A stretch of 64,000 nt of DNA from Bacteroidia bacterium (GTDB lineage: Bacteria; Bacteroidota; Bacteroidia; UKL13-3), in NCBI GenBank assembly GCA_044370475.1, contig JBILVK010000006.1, positions 1,817 through 65,816 on the forward strand, written 5' to 3'. Within the stretch, counting starts at the first letter, position 1; every line of letters starts with the position of its first letter. Under the pieces are notes generated by a model, which had not been told where the DNA came from, did no database searches, and saw only the letters and a list, made by a program, of their open reading frames with translations. The translations under genes and the position numbers were made by a program. This document shows positions 49,719-59,703 of the stretch, piece by piece.

Positions 49719-52022
49719 ATGAGAAAAATATTGCTATTTATACTTGCTACCTTACTGTTTTTGGGGAGCACCTTTGCACAAAGACCGTCTGAAAGAAGAA
49801 AAATCCAACAGCAACAAGCCGCCACAGACGCCATTCAAGAGGAGAGTGAAGAAAAAGTTTCTGATAAAAAACTAAGTCCAAGCGAACTTAGAAAACAACG
49901 CTTAGAAAAATCAAATTTTGAATCCAACTTAAAGGAGTTCAATTCAGATTTTGACCTCAATGAGGCTCCTGAAGCCTATAAAAAATACTCTGCTGTTATT
50001 TTGGCTCAGACCGTTGATTTTGACTTTGTAGCTACCAAAGAAAATGGTCTATTAGAAAAAAGAAAAGTAAGAAGAAAAATTGCCATCCAAGATAAATCTG
50101 CCTTAGAAACCTTTTCTATGTTTTATACTACATCAGGTTCTAGCTATAAAATATTTGTTATAAAAGCTGACAAGTCGATAAAGGAAGTATCTAAGAAAGC
50201 TGCTTTAACAGAAAAACTTGGTCTTACAGATATCCCTGATTTCTTTTTCGAGTTTATAGGCACTTCCGATGAAATTGTAAAACTTCCTATTCAAGGTTTA
50301 GAAATAGGAGATGTTTTGGATATTCAACAAGTGGTAGATATCAATACCTATGTTTATTCAAACCCTTTTACCAGCGCTCCAGTTGTAGAAGTGTTATCAA
50401 ATAACTACCCCCTCTTAAAGCAACACTTTGGCATGACGGTTCCGCCAAATTACAATATTCAATTGTTTAGTTTAAATGGCGCACCCAAGCCAGAAATAGA
50501 GGATAAGTCAGATGGCTCTAGGTTCTACGTAATTTCGGATACCATGCGCAGCACCTCAAATAAAGAATACTACAATTATTTGCTTAGAAGTTCTCCTGTT
50601 ATTAAATTCCAATTGACGCAAAAATCTAGGGTAAAAACGAAAAATATTGGCGACAATTTTGATGCCTCATTAAGTGAGGATGATATTGTTCAATTGGCCA
50701 ATCAAAGAGTTTCTCCAAGCATAGAATATCAAGCCTCGCTTTCAAAATCAACCATCAGGCATATTAAAAGTTTGAAACTTCCTCCTGGCTCAACAGAAGA
50801 AATTGTGAAGCAAGCCTACTATTTTTTAAGAACCGTAACTTTGGTTAAATTAGACGGAAGAGAGTCAACCCTTATCCTTATGTATGGTGGAAAACTAATA
50901 AAAGATGGCGCCCTGGAAAGTATGCATGAGGATTTGTTTTTGGGCGTTTTACGCGATGTATTTGATGAGTTTGAAATTGATTATGTAAACCTCGCTGGCG
51001 TATCAAAAAAATACGGTTCTATCAAAGATGTGATTCACCAAAATGAAATAGCAAAAGGATTAAAGGTAAATACCAATAGTAAGCCTTTATATATCTTTAA
51101 TGCAAATCAACATAGCCATTTCAACAACATTTATCCCATGATGGAGGGCACAGAGGTATTGACATACGTGAATAAAAGGAGCCGAAGCAACAAAGACAAC
51201 CATGAGGTCTCTTTAGAAAAACTTCCTGAATACAATTATGACGAACAGTATGTGAAAGAGTCAAGCACCATCAAGGTGAGCGAGAACATGGAAAACCTTC
51301 TGCTCCAAAAGCAATTTGAAGTAAAAGGAAGTCCGAGATACGATTACTATGACAATATCTTATTCCAACGAAAGTTTGTTGCCAGCGACCTTGAAAGAAT
51401 CAAAAGAAAGCCTGACGCAGATGTAGAGGTTTCTAAAAACAAGGTGAAGCAAGCGGCCTACCTTAAAGCCAAACAAGAAGAGGAGGATAAAAAATATAAA
51501 GAAGCCATGGATGAATTTAAAAAGCTCTTCGAAAATCAAAAATTTGATGTAGAAAAAGTGAGTGATTTTGAATTAATTTCAGATGGCAGATACGACGATT
51601 CTCCTGTATTAAGCTTTAAAATAAATACAGAATTTAAAAATCTTATTTCTCAAGCTGGCCCAAACTATCTTGTTTCCATTGGAACTCTTATTGGATCCCA
51701 ATTGGAGCTTAAGCCAGATGATATGACGCGTAATTTTGATATATATCAAAACTATAGAAGGACCTTTATTGATGAAATTTCATTTGAGGTTCCCGAAGGT
51801 TACATGGTAGCTGACGCCAGCGGTTTAAACATGAAAGTTGATAATGAATCGGCCTCATTTATTTCTGTAGCAGAAATCAGTGGTAATACCCTTAAAGTTA
51901 AAACCACTAAAACCTATAAGAAATTGTACGATCCAAAATCAAAATGGGAGAATTACATCAAAGTTTTGGATGCAGCATATGAATTTCAACAAAAGAAAAT
52001 TATCCTAAAGAAAAAGGCTTAA
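49719..52022 (+). CDS. Secreted DUF3857/DUF3858-like paralogue lacking the transglutaminase catalytic Cys
   Basis: Signal peptide. KQAYYFLRTV aligns with KAIYYWVQDN of the upstream protein, but no GDCxG/H/D core follows. The C-terminal GNTLKVKTTK...KKIILKKK resembles GNELVYKTELK...EQIILTQQ. K/E-rich helical insert. Confidence 0.55.
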   Translation: MRKILLFILATLLFLGSTFAQRPSERRKIQQQQAATDAIQEESEEKVSDKKLSPSELRKQRLEKSNFESNLKEFNSDFDLNEAPEAYKKYSAVILAQTVDFDFVATKENGLLEKRKVRRKIAIQDKSALETFSMFYTTSGSSYKIFVIKADKSIKEVSKKAALTEKLGLTDIPDFFFEFIGTSDEIVKLPIQGLEIGDVLDIQQVVDINTYVYSNPFTSAPVVEVLSNNYPLLKQHFGMTVPPNYNIQLFSLNGAPKPEIEDKSDGSRFYVISDTMRSTSNKEYYNYLLRSSPVIKFQLTQKSRVKTKNIGDNFDASLSEDDIVQLANQRVSPSIEYQASLSKSTIRHIKSLKLPPGSTEEIVKQAYYFLRTVTLVKLDGRESTLILMYGGKLIKDGALESMHEDLFLGVLRDVFDEFEIDYVNLAGVSKKYGSIKDVIHQNEIAKGLKVNTNSKPLYIFNANQHSHFNNIYPMMEGTEVLTYVNKRSRSNKDNHEVSLEKLPEYNYDEQYVKESSTIKVSENMENLLLQKQFEVKGSPRYDYYDNILFQRKFVASDLERIKRKPDADVEVSKNKVKQAAYLKAKQEEEDKKYKEAMDEFKKLFENQKFDVEKVSDFELISDGRYDDSPVLSFKINTEFKNLISQAGPNYLVSIGTLIGSQLELKPDDMTRNFDIYQNYRRTFIDEISFEVPEGYMVADASGLNMKVDNESASFISVAEISGNTLKVKTTKTYKKLYDPKSKWENYIKVLDAAYEFQQKKIILKKKA

Positions 52023-52064
52023 CCAAAACTAAAAAACATATTAATCTTATATTTTCTTTAGCAC

Positions 52065-52093
52065 AAAAAATGCCTCGTAATGAGGCATTTTTT
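52065..52093. terminator. Bidirectional intrinsic terminator closing the five-gene operon
   Basis: aaaaaa-TGCCTC-gtaa-tGAGGCA-tttttt. Confidence 0.6.
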
Positions 52094-52105
52094 GTGGAAT
52101 AAATT

Positions 52106-53056
52106 TTAATGGAGAATAAACTTCTTTAGGGTCTCCAAGTAGTTTTCAAATCCGTAGGTCACGGGAACCGTTCCATGGTCGGCTCCCTCTATTCTATGAG
52201 CCTCTTTGTAATTACCTCCATGATTTTTAAACACTACTTCCCCATGGGTTTTGATGTTTAAAAAATTGTCTTGCGTGCCATGTATCCAACATAGGTCTTG
52301 ACTCACTTTTTTTATCTCTTCAGCATTGTCAATTTTTAAATTGGTGACGTAAGACCCTGGCAAATCTAATCCAGAACCATCTGCCACCATGATAGCAGAG
52401 CTACCAAAAGGAGCTTCCAAGATTACCTTGTGCGGGCGCATACTCCGGCTGTTGGCGCTTAACTCGCAGGTGGGTGCAGAACCCATGCTAAAGCCATAAA
52501 TGATTAAGCGCTCATTGCTTAATCCCTTCGATTTTAACCATTGCATGGCTGCATCTACATCATTGTATAAACCCTCTTCACTTGGCGGACCCTCAGACAA
52601 TCCATATCCTCTATAATCTAGCATCATCACGCCATAACGATGCTTGTAACCAGTATGGGCTAAGAGTTTGGCTCTTTGCCAATAAAAATCCATATGCCAT
52701 TTGTTTCCATGGCAATACAAAATAACCGTATCGGTGCCAATTCTGCTTTCCTCACCCAGGTAAGTAGCATATATTTTATAACTCTTGCTATCATTAGCCC
52801 CTTTAGAATCTAAGGTAAATACATGGTGCATGGAATCTTGAATGGTATAACTCGCATCCAACTTAAAATCTTGCTCCCCGGTATAATTATCCCATTTGTA
52901 TTCTGTTATTTTATCACTCAAATTAAAGAGATTGCTATCCAATCTTAAACAAGAAGATAAGACCAAAGTATAAAATAGCGCTACTAACAAAATTGCTTTT
53001 GAGCTTCTAACTTTACTCATCAAAATCACCTGCATTTTTATCCTATTATTTTTCAT
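52106..53056 (-). CDS. Alpha/beta hydrolase lipoprotein
   Basis: Lipobox LVLSSC, HGN oxyanion-type block LYCHGNKWH, and nucleophile elbow GFSMGS. The start may be the internal Met at 53020 (MSKVRSSKAILL...). The 53056 ATG overlaps the upstream stop by 1 nt. Confidence 0.65.
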   Translation of the reverse strand: MKNNRIKMQVILMSKVRSSKAILLVALFYTLVLSSCLRLDSNLFNLSDKITEYKWDNYTGEQDFKLDASYTIQDSMHHVFTLDSKGANDSKSYKIYATYLGEESRIGTDTVILYCHGNKWHMDFYWQRAKLLAHTGYKHRYGVMMLDYRGYGLSEGPPSEEGLYNDVDAAMQWLKSKGLSNERLIIYGFSMGSAPTCELSANSRSMRPHKVILEAPFGSSAIMVADGSGLDLPGSYVTNLKIDNAEEIKKVSQDLCWIHGTQDNFLNIKTHGEVVFKNHGGNYKEAHRIEGADHGTVPVTYGFENYLETLKKFILH

Positions 53057-53733
53057 TAGAACCTCCTTATTATTTGAAAATATACTCCAATAGCACCCAT
53101 GTGATTTGGACCAATATAATCTGCCACATTTGGCTGATTAGGCACATTTGGAGCCACCCATTTAGTTTCAATTCCATATGTCCACTTCTTGGGTGCATAT
53201 TGAAAACCCAATTGCGGATTCATATACCAATGTTTGGGCTGAACCTCCCCATGTGCGCGATTCTGACTAAGCTCAAACCAATTGCAAACCCCAACATAAA
53301 ACAACTTGTTTGAACCAATCTCCTTGTAAACATTCATATCTAATTGCGGCCACAACTTAGCCTTCCACTCCCATCGGTCAATGGCAAAATTAAGAACCGG
53401 ATTAGCGGTGAACCCAAACTTATTTTTCTCATTGCGATACAATTCTCTGCATACCCCAATATCCGTTTGAAACACCCCAAAAGACAATGCAGTTAAATGC
53501 AATGAGCCAAAAACACTTGTTTTATCATTTATCCCCTTTGCATAAAATGCACTCGTATAAGGAATGGTTATTGGCAATCCTCCAAAACTGATTAATGGCC
53601 CGCCTAAATTTGCCCCAATGGCTTGCTCTCCCTTAGCCAAAGGCTTAACAATACGTGAGGGAGCACAAGAGATTACAAAGGCAGAAACAAAAAACAAACC
53701 CATTAAAGACCTTAGAAATCCATGATTCTTCAT
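53056..53733 (-). CDS. Hypothetical lipoprotein, beta-rich (possible outer-membrane protein)
   Basis: MKNHGFLRSLMGLFFVSAFVISCAP lipoprotein signal, an aromatic-rich beta pattern, and ends IIRRF. No recognisable family. Confidence 0.4.
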   Translation of the reverse strand: MKNHGFLRSLMGLFFVSAFVISCAPSRIVKPLAKGEQAIGANLGGPLISFGGLPITIPYTSAFYAKGINDKTSVFGSLHLTALSFGVFQTDIGVCRELYRNEKNKFGFTANPVLNFAIDRWEWKAKLWPQLDMNVYKEIGSNKLFYVGVCNWFELSQNRAHGEVQPKHWYMNPQLGFQYAPKKWTYGIETKWVAPNVPNQPNVADYIGPNHMGAIGVYFQIIRRF

Positions 53734-53930
53734 ACTCTTTTTTTTATCGCAATATATTTGGATTTTGAAAACCATCTACTCCAAATTCCAAAATAATATT
53801 GCAGAATCTCCTAAATCGAATTGTTTTTTTTGCATTTTATACAATTCTTTTACCCCCATTTTACTCAAATCCGTTTTCCTACAATAAAAATTGAATTCAA
53901 TTTTGCGCCAGAATTTATACAATAACGTAT

Positions 53931-54437
53931 ATGGAAAAACTTGCAAAATTTAGGGTAACAATTTTTATGTTACTTGTTCTAAGTATTCAAAGTTGCAGCT
54001 CAGAGAAAAGCTTAAATTTAACTGACACAAACCATGGCAACTATTTGCTTGGAAATTGGGAAGGAAATCAACAGATAAAAATTCGTTACCAAGAGGGTTT
54101 TGGCCAATATACTTTTATACACTCAAAAGAAAGCCTCCCAACCCATTTAAGTATAAATAACAAAGGTGAGGTAAAAGGGAAAATTGGAGAAGCGAATATC
54201 CAAAATGCCAGGGTGATTTCTAATCGTGGTGCATTGTTAAGAACCTTAGGATGGGCAAGCGATTTTGCAATAAAGGGAGAATTACAGGGCTCCATATTTT
54301 CACAAGACACCCTATCATTTAGAACTTTTTCAATTCCTCTCAAGTGCGACAGCCTAACATTAAGTGGCGATTTATTTCAAACAGAGGGATTAGACATGTT
54401 TCCAATGGGCACTTTAAACCTTAAGCACAAAGAATAG
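53931..54437 (+). CDS. Hypothetical lipoprotein
   Basis: Signal and lipobox LLVLSIQSCSS. 168 aa, no recognisable family. Confidence 0.4.
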   Translation: MEKLAKFRVTIFMLLVLSIQSCSSEKSLNLTDTNHGNYLLGNWEGNQQIKIRYQEGFGQYTFIHSKESLPTHLSINNKGEVKGKIGEANIQNARVISNRGALLRTLGWASDFAIKGELQGSIFSQDTLSFRTFSIPLKCDSLTLSGDLFQTEGLDMFPMGTLNLKHKE

Positions 54438-54481
54438 TTACTTATCATTTTTTGAGCTAAATTTGCCCTTTATGCTTCAAA

Positions 54482-54943
54482 ATGAACAACAATGATATTT
54501 TGCGCCGCTTGCGGTATACCTTTAACCTCAACGACACCAAAATGATGGAATTGTTTGCAGAGGGCGGACTTCCAGCTAGCAGAGAACAAATTAGTGATTG
54601 GCTAAAAAAAGATGAGGATCCCGATTTTAAACCCATTTATGATATTGACCTTGCTGCATTTTTAAATGGGTTTATCATTGCAAAACGAGGCAAAAAAGAT
54701 AATATCACCCCCAAGCCAGAAAAAAGCCTTAACAACAATATCATTCTTAGAAAGCTCAAAATTGCACTTAATCTAATTGATGAGGATATTTTGGCCATAT
54801 TAGAATTGGCCGACTTTAAATTTAGTCGCCACGAATTAAGTGCCTTATTTCGCAAACCAGACCAAGACCAATACCGAGTTTGCAAAGACCAAATACTCCG
54901 TAATTTTCTAATGGGACTCCAACTTAAATTTCATGCAAAATAA
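54482..54943 (+). CDS. DUF1456 (YehS-like) family protein
   Basis: Two internal repeats, NNDILRRLRYTFNLNDTKMMELF and NNNIILRKLKIALNLIDEDILAIL, typical of DUF1456. A TAAATTTG -7-like box lies at about 54458-54465. Confidence 0.6.
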   Translation: MNNNDILRRLRYTFNLNDTKMMELFAEGGLPASREQISDWLKKDEDPDFKPIYDIDLAAFLNGFIIAKRGKKDNITPKPEKSLNNNIILRKLKIALNLIDEDILAILELADFKFSRHELSALFRKPDQDQYRVCKDQILRNFLMGLQLKFHAK

Positions 54944-56042
54944 ATTTCTATTAAGTCTAGCATTTACTTTAATTTTCATGTTAAATATGCAAGCACAAAC
55001 TGCCAGCCTTCCAACAGAAGCATTAAACAAAACCCTGCAAAAAAGCATCGACAAGAAATACGTTTTTGGAGCCATTGCCATGATAAAAAAAGGCGATGAA
55101 ACATGGATCTCTTCTGCAGGTGAATTGCAAGCAGCACAAAGCTATTTTATAGCAAGCACCACCAAACTTTATATTACTGCTTTGGTCTTTAAATTTAGAG
55201 AAGAAGGCAGACTATCTTTAGACAGCTATATTGAACATTTTTTGAGCCCAGAAGTCAAAAAAGATTTGCACGTAATGGGGGCCAACGACTATACAAACAA
55301 GATTCAAATTAGACACTTACTTGCCCAAACTTCTGGCTTACCCGATTACTTTTTAGGAAAACCTAAAGGAGGCAAAAGTTTATTGGAAGAATTAAGCACA
55401 GGCCACGATAAATATTGGTCGTACCAAGATGCTATAGCACTCTCCAAAACCATGAAACCAAGCTTTGAACCCGGAGCTAAAGGAAAAGCCCTATACTCAG
55501 ATACAAACTATCAATTGCTAGGCAAAATTTTGGAACACATTTCAGGAGAAACACTCGAGCAATTATTAGCTAACTATATTTTTACTCCACTAAATCTAAG
55601 CAAGACTTATTTATATAAAGACAAATCAGATCGCACCCCTGCTAACATGTATTTTAAAAATAAAGCATTGCCCATTCCAATGGCCATGACATCTGTTTGG
55701 GCAGATGGTGGCATTGTATCTACTGCAGAAGAAAGCATGGTATTTATTGAGGCGTTTTTTAATGGCAAACTTTTTCCAAAAGAAGACCTAAAAGAGATGG
55801 AACAATGGAATAAAATTTTCTTTCCACTTCAATATGGAATTGGGATAATGAAATTTCAGTTGCCTAGGCTATTTTCACCCTTTAAACCAATGCCCATTTT
55901 AATTGGACACTCAGGTTTATCTGGAGCCTTCCAATATTATGTTCCAGAAAAAAACTGCTTCATTACAGGCACCGTAAACCAAATAGATAAGCCAAGTTTG
56001 AGTTATAAACTTTTGTTAAAATTGGTATCTCAAGTAAAATAA
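54933..56042 (+). CDS. Serine hydrolase of the beta-lactamase / PBP-like family
   Basis: Signal peptide, SxxK motif ASTTK, YSDTNY (YxN-like), and GHSG in place of KTG. Confidence 0.7.
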   Translation: MQNKFLLSLAFTLIFMLNMQAQTASLPTEALNKTLQKSIDKKYVFGAIAMIKKGDETWISSAGELQAAQSYFIASTTKLYITALVFKFREEGRLSLDSYIEHFLSPEVKKDLHVMGANDYTNKIQIRHLLAQTSGLPDYFLGKPKGGKSLLEELSTGHDKYWSYQDAIALSKTMKPSFEPGAKGKALYSDTNYQLLGKILEHISGETLEQLLANYIFTPLNLSKTYLYKDKSDRTPANMYFKNKALPIPMAMTSVWADGGIVSTAEESMVFIEAFFNGKLFPKEDLKEMEQWNKIFFPLQYGIGIMKFQLPRLFSPFKPMPILIGHSGLSGAFQYYVPEKNCFITGTVNQIDKPSLSYKLLLKLVSQVK

Positions 56043-56120
56043 GTAAGCCACTTAAAAGGCCTATTTAATCCACATGTCTTTCTTATCAAAACAATTTGAT
56101 AGAAAGCGGGTTAAGTAAGT

Positions 56121-57461
56121 ATGATTTCAAAAAGGAGTGTTTTCTGGTTTCGTCGCGACCTTCGTTTAAAGGACAATTCAGGGCTATACCATGCACTCAA
56201 ATCTGGTCAAAACATCTTACCACTATTTATCTTTGATAGCGAAATCTTAAACAAACTAGAAGATAAGAATGACCTACGCGTTCAATTTTTACACAATGAA
56301 ATCAGCGAATTAAATAAAGAGTTGGAAGCCCTTGGCTCAGGCCTTTTAGTTAAGTACGGCAAGCCTCTAGAAGTTGTTAAACAACTAATAAAAGAGCAAT
56401 CCATTACCCAAATTTACTGCAACCATGATTACGAACCACAAGCCATAGAAAGAGATCAAAACATCCAAGATTTAATTGAAACAATGGGAGGAAATTTCTA
56501 TTCTTTTAAAGACCAATGCATATTCGAAAAAGATGAAATTTGCAAAGATGATGGAAAGCCGTATACCATTTTCACACCCTACTCAAAAAAATGGAAAGCC
56601 AAGCTTCAAAGCCGCATGCACCAAGGAATTTCATATTACCTAAGCCCTTACCCAACAGAAAAATTCTTCCACAATTTTATCAAAGAATTTCGGTTTGAAC
56701 CGATACCGAGTATGCAGCAAATTGGATTTGGTGATAGCAATTTTATTTATCCAAAAAAAGAAGTTGCGAGTAGCTTGATTAAAAATTATGCCCTTCATAG
56801 AAACTTCCCTGCCCATCCCGGAACATCACATCTGGGTATACATTTTAGGTTTGGAACCATTAGCATTAGAGAGAAAGCAAGCAAAGCTTTAGCACTCAAT
56901 GAAACCTTTTTAAATGAGCTTATTTGGCGCGATTTTTATATGCAAATTTTGTGGCATTTTCCGCACATTGTTGAGCAAGCTTTTAAACCTAAATACGACT
57001 TTATTAAATGGCGCAACAATGAAGAAGAATTTAAAAAGTGGTGTGAAGGAACAACAGGATATCCTATTGTTGATGCGGGGATGAGGGAGTTGAACTCTAC
57101 TGGTTTTATGCACAACCGTGTGCGCATGATTGTTGCGAGTTTTCTCACCAAACACTTGCTCATAGATTGGCGCTGGGGTGAGGCCTATTTTGCCCAAAAA
57201 TTGTTGGACTTTGATTTAAGTGCAAATAATGGCGGATGGCAATGGGCTGCGGGTTGTGGTACAGATGCCGCACCCTATTTTAGGGTGTTTAATCCCATCT
57301 TGCAAACAGAAAAATTTGATAAACAATTAGGCTATATAAAAAAATGGGTGACAGAGATTGGTTCAGACCGATACCCAAAACCTATGGTGGACCACACTTT
57401 TGCGCGGAACCGCTGCTTGGAAACTTACAAAAAAGCGCTTGACAAGGTGCAAGGAACCTAA
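56121..57461 (+). CDS. Deoxyribodipyrimidine photolyase / cryptochrome family protein
   Basis: WFRRDLRLKDN N-terminus. FAD-binding C-terminus with WRDFY, TGYPIVDAGMREL, HNRVRMIVASFL and NNGGWQWAAG. Confidence 0.85.
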   Translation: MISKRSVFWFRRDLRLKDNSGLYHALKSGQNILPLFIFDSEILNKLEDKNDLRVQFLHNEISELNKELEALGSGLLVKYGKPLEVVKQLIKEQSITQIYCNHDYEPQAIERDQNIQDLIETMGGNFYSFKDQCIFEKDEICKDDGKPYTIFTPYSKKWKAKLQSRMHQGISYYLSPYPTEKFFHNFIKEFRFEPIPSMQQIGFGDSNFIYPKKEVASSLIKNYALHRNFPAHPGTSHLGIHFRFGTISIREKASKALALNETFLNELIWRDFYMQILWHFPHIVEQAFKPKYDFIKWRNNEEEFKKWCEGTTGYPIVDAGMRELNSTGFMHNRVRMIVASFLTKHLLIDWRWGEAYFAQKLLDFDLSANNGGWQWAAGCGTDAAPYFRVFNPILQTEKFDKQLGYIKKWVTEIGSDRYPKPMVDHTFARNRCLETYKKALDKVQGT

Positions 57462-57588
57462 TCGCAAAAAAAATTTGGAATTCAATGTTAAATACTTACT
57501 ATTGCATTCTCAATCAACTCCCCCACGGATTTATCGGTTCTAAACTATAAGCTGCTTCAGGTTGATTGATTCATTTTAAATCATCTAC

Positions 57589-59574
57589 ATGCACGATCTT
57601 AATTCGTTAACAGACATGCTCGTTTCAGAGCTAAAAGACATTGCTAAAAGTTATAGCATTTCTACCACAGGACATGATAAACAAGGGTTAATAAACGCGA
57701 TATTGGAAAATCAAAATGACAAGGCACATAAATTGGCCGAAGAAGGAGATGTAACTCCCAAAAAGAGAGGTAGACCTCGTGTAACTAAGGCTGCCGACGT
57801 AGAAGCAACAGCGGTTCCTGTTGAAATTAAATCGAAAGTAGTGGCTCCTATTTCTACTCCTCCTGTTGCTACTCCTACTGTTGAATCTATTCCAGAAAAA
57901 GTAGTTGAAGCTAATCCAGTAGTGGTTACAGAAGTGGTTGATAATGCACCAGCATCTGTGCCAAGTGGAGATAGGCCTATTCCAGTTAGGAACAACGATA
58001 GAAAAGATAAATGGCGTAACGACCGCAATGATAAAAACGACCGAAACGACAGAGCAGACAGAAATGACCGCGCTGAAAGGAACGACAGAGGTGGTGAGCG
58101 CGTAGATAATAGAAATCAAAATAGACAGCCAAGGACCGAGAATGGGAATAATAATCCAAACGGAAATAACAATCCAGGAGGAAATAATTACCCAAATACC
58201 AGCAACAATCCTAATACCAATAGTGGTGGAAACACCCCTAGCGGCAATAACAACTCTGGGGGAAATAATAACCCAAATACCAGCAACAACCCTAATACCA
58301 ATAATGCTGGAAACTCCAACATGGGCAATAACAACCCAGGAGGAAATAGTAATACCAACAGCAACCCAAATGCCAACAATGGTGGAAACAGCAATGGCGG
58401 AAATGGCAATGGTGGAAACGGATACAACGAAAGACAAGATAAAAATAGCTACCAAGAACTAGAGGCATTAGTTAGCTCTGAAGGAGTATTGGAAATGATG
58501 TCGGATGGATACGGATTCTTACGTTCTTCTGATTATAATTATATGCCCTCTCCAGATGATATTTATGTATCGCCTAGTCAGATTAAATTATTTGGACTAA
58601 AAACAGGAGATACTTGTTTTGGAACGGTAAGACCACCAAAAGAAGGTGAAAAATATTTTGCTTTAGTAAAAGTGGAGTCAATTAATGGTAGAATTCCTTC
58701 TGAAGTGCGCGACCGTGTGGCCTTTGAACATTTAACGCCGCTATTTCCTGATGAAAAGTTAAGATTGGCAGATAATTCTACTACCTATTCAACACGTATC
58801 ATTGATTTGTTAGCACCAATTGGTAAAGGACAACGCGGACTTATTGTTGCACAACCTAAAACGGGTAAAACAATCTTGTTAAAGGACATTGCAAATGCCA
58901 TTGCAAAAAATCATCCTGAAGTTTACTTATTGATTTTATTGATAGATGAGCGTCCGGAAGAGGTTACAGATATGCAACGCAGTGTGCGCGCTGAAGTAGT
59001 AGCATCTACCTTTGATGAGCCTGCAGAAAAGCATGTAAAGCTTGCCAATATTGTATTAGAGAAAGCGAAACGCTTGGTAGAATGCGGACATGATGTGGTT
59101 ATTTTATTGGATTCTATTACCCGTATGGCTAGGGCATTTAATACTGCACAACCTGCATCGGGTAAAATATTATCTGGTGGTGTGGATGCAAATGCTTTAC
59201 ACAAACCAAAACGCTTTTTTGGAGCTGCGCGTAAGATAGAAGATGGTGGTTCATTAACCATTATTGCAACAGCGCTTACCGAAACAGGTTCTAAAATGGA
59301 TGAGGTAATTTTTGAAGAGTTTAAAGGTACAGGTAACATGGAATTGCAATTGGATAGAAAGCTTGCAAACAAGCGTATTTTCCCTGCTATTGACATTGTA
59401 TCATCAAGTACAAGAAGAGATGATTTATTGCTTGAGAAAACTGCTTTACAACGTATTTGGGTACTAAGAAATCACTTAGCAGATATGAATCCAGAAGAAG
59501 CCATGGACGTCATGTTAAAGAATATGCGTTCTACAAAAAGTAATGAAGAATTTCTTGCTTCCATGAATGGCTAA
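57589..59574 (+). CDS. rho: Transcription termination factor Rho with a roughly 245-aa low-complexity insertion
   Basis: Rho_N ([14 protein letters not shown]), CSD-like RNA-binding domain ([14 protein letters not shown]), Walker A (AQPKTGKT), and the C-terminal ATPase ([11 protein letters not shown]). The insertion lies between the N-terminal helix bundle and the OB fold. Confidence 0.92.
   Translation: MHDLNSLTDMLVSELKDIAKSYSISTTGHDKQGLINAILENQNDKAHKLAEEGDVTPKKRGRPRVTKAADVEATAVPVEIKSKVVAPISTPPVATPTVESIPEKVVEANPVVVTEVVDNAPASVPSGDRPIPVRNNDRKDKWRNDRNDKNDRNDRADRNDRAERNDRGGERVDNRNQNRQPRTENGNNNPNGNNNPGGNNYPNTSNNPNTNSGGNTPSGNNNSGGNNNPNTSNNPNTNNAGNSNMGNNNPGGNSNTNSNPNANNGGNSNGGNGNGGNGYNERQDKNSYQELEALVSSEGVLEMMSDGYGFLRSSDYNYMPSPDDIYVSPSQIKLFGLKTGDTCFGTVRPPKEGEKYFALVKVESINGRIPSEVRDRVAFEHLTPLFPDEKLRLADNSTTYSTRIIDLLAPIGKGQRGLIVAQPKTGKTILLKDIANAIAKNHPEVYLLILLIDERPEEVTDMQRSVRAEVVASTFDEPAEKHVKLANIVLEKAKRLVECGHDVVILLDSITRMARAFNTAQPASGKILSGGVDANALHKPKRFFGAARKIEDGGSLTIIATALTETGSKMDEVIFEEFKGTGNMELQLDRKLANKRIFPAIDIVSSSTRRDDLLLEKTALQRIWVLRNHLADMNPEEAMDVMLKNMRSTKSNEEFLASMNG
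58177..58395 (+). repeat. In-frame 81-nt tandem repeat (about 2.7 copies) inside rho encoding the GGNN(Y/N)[10 protein letters not shown] unit
   Basis: ggaggaaataattacccaaataccagcaacaatcctaataccaatagtggtggaaac starts at about 58177. It recurs as gggggaaataataacccaaataccagcaacaaccctaataccaataatgctggaaac at about 58258. A shortened third copy starts at about 58339. Confidence 0.7.
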
Positions 59575-59592
59575 AGAGTATTAATTAGCATA

Positions 59593-59631
59593 AAAAAAAG
59601 CCCCTAAGCGATAAACTTAGGGGCTTTTTTT
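59593..59631. terminator. Bidirectional intrinsic terminator after rho
   Basis: aaaaaaaa-GCCCCTAAG-cgataaa-CTTAGGGGC-ttttttt. Confidence 0.65.
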
Positions 59632-59703
59632 ATGTAGGCTAGGTAGCGATTTTAACTCTCCAGATAAAGACTACAATTTAAAGGCACAAGTAAAAGGCTA
59701 AAC

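Noticed and set aside
57688-58462. Long ORFs inside the rho insertion: 255 aa on the minus strand (57688-58455), 106 aa on the plus strand (58142-58462), and 79, 69 and 105 aa on the minus strand.
   Set aside because: They are frame-shifted or antisense readings of the low-complexity AAT/AAC/GGA-rich repeats of rho. Their products are monotonous (I/V/S-rich) and sit inside a clearly intact rho reading frame.
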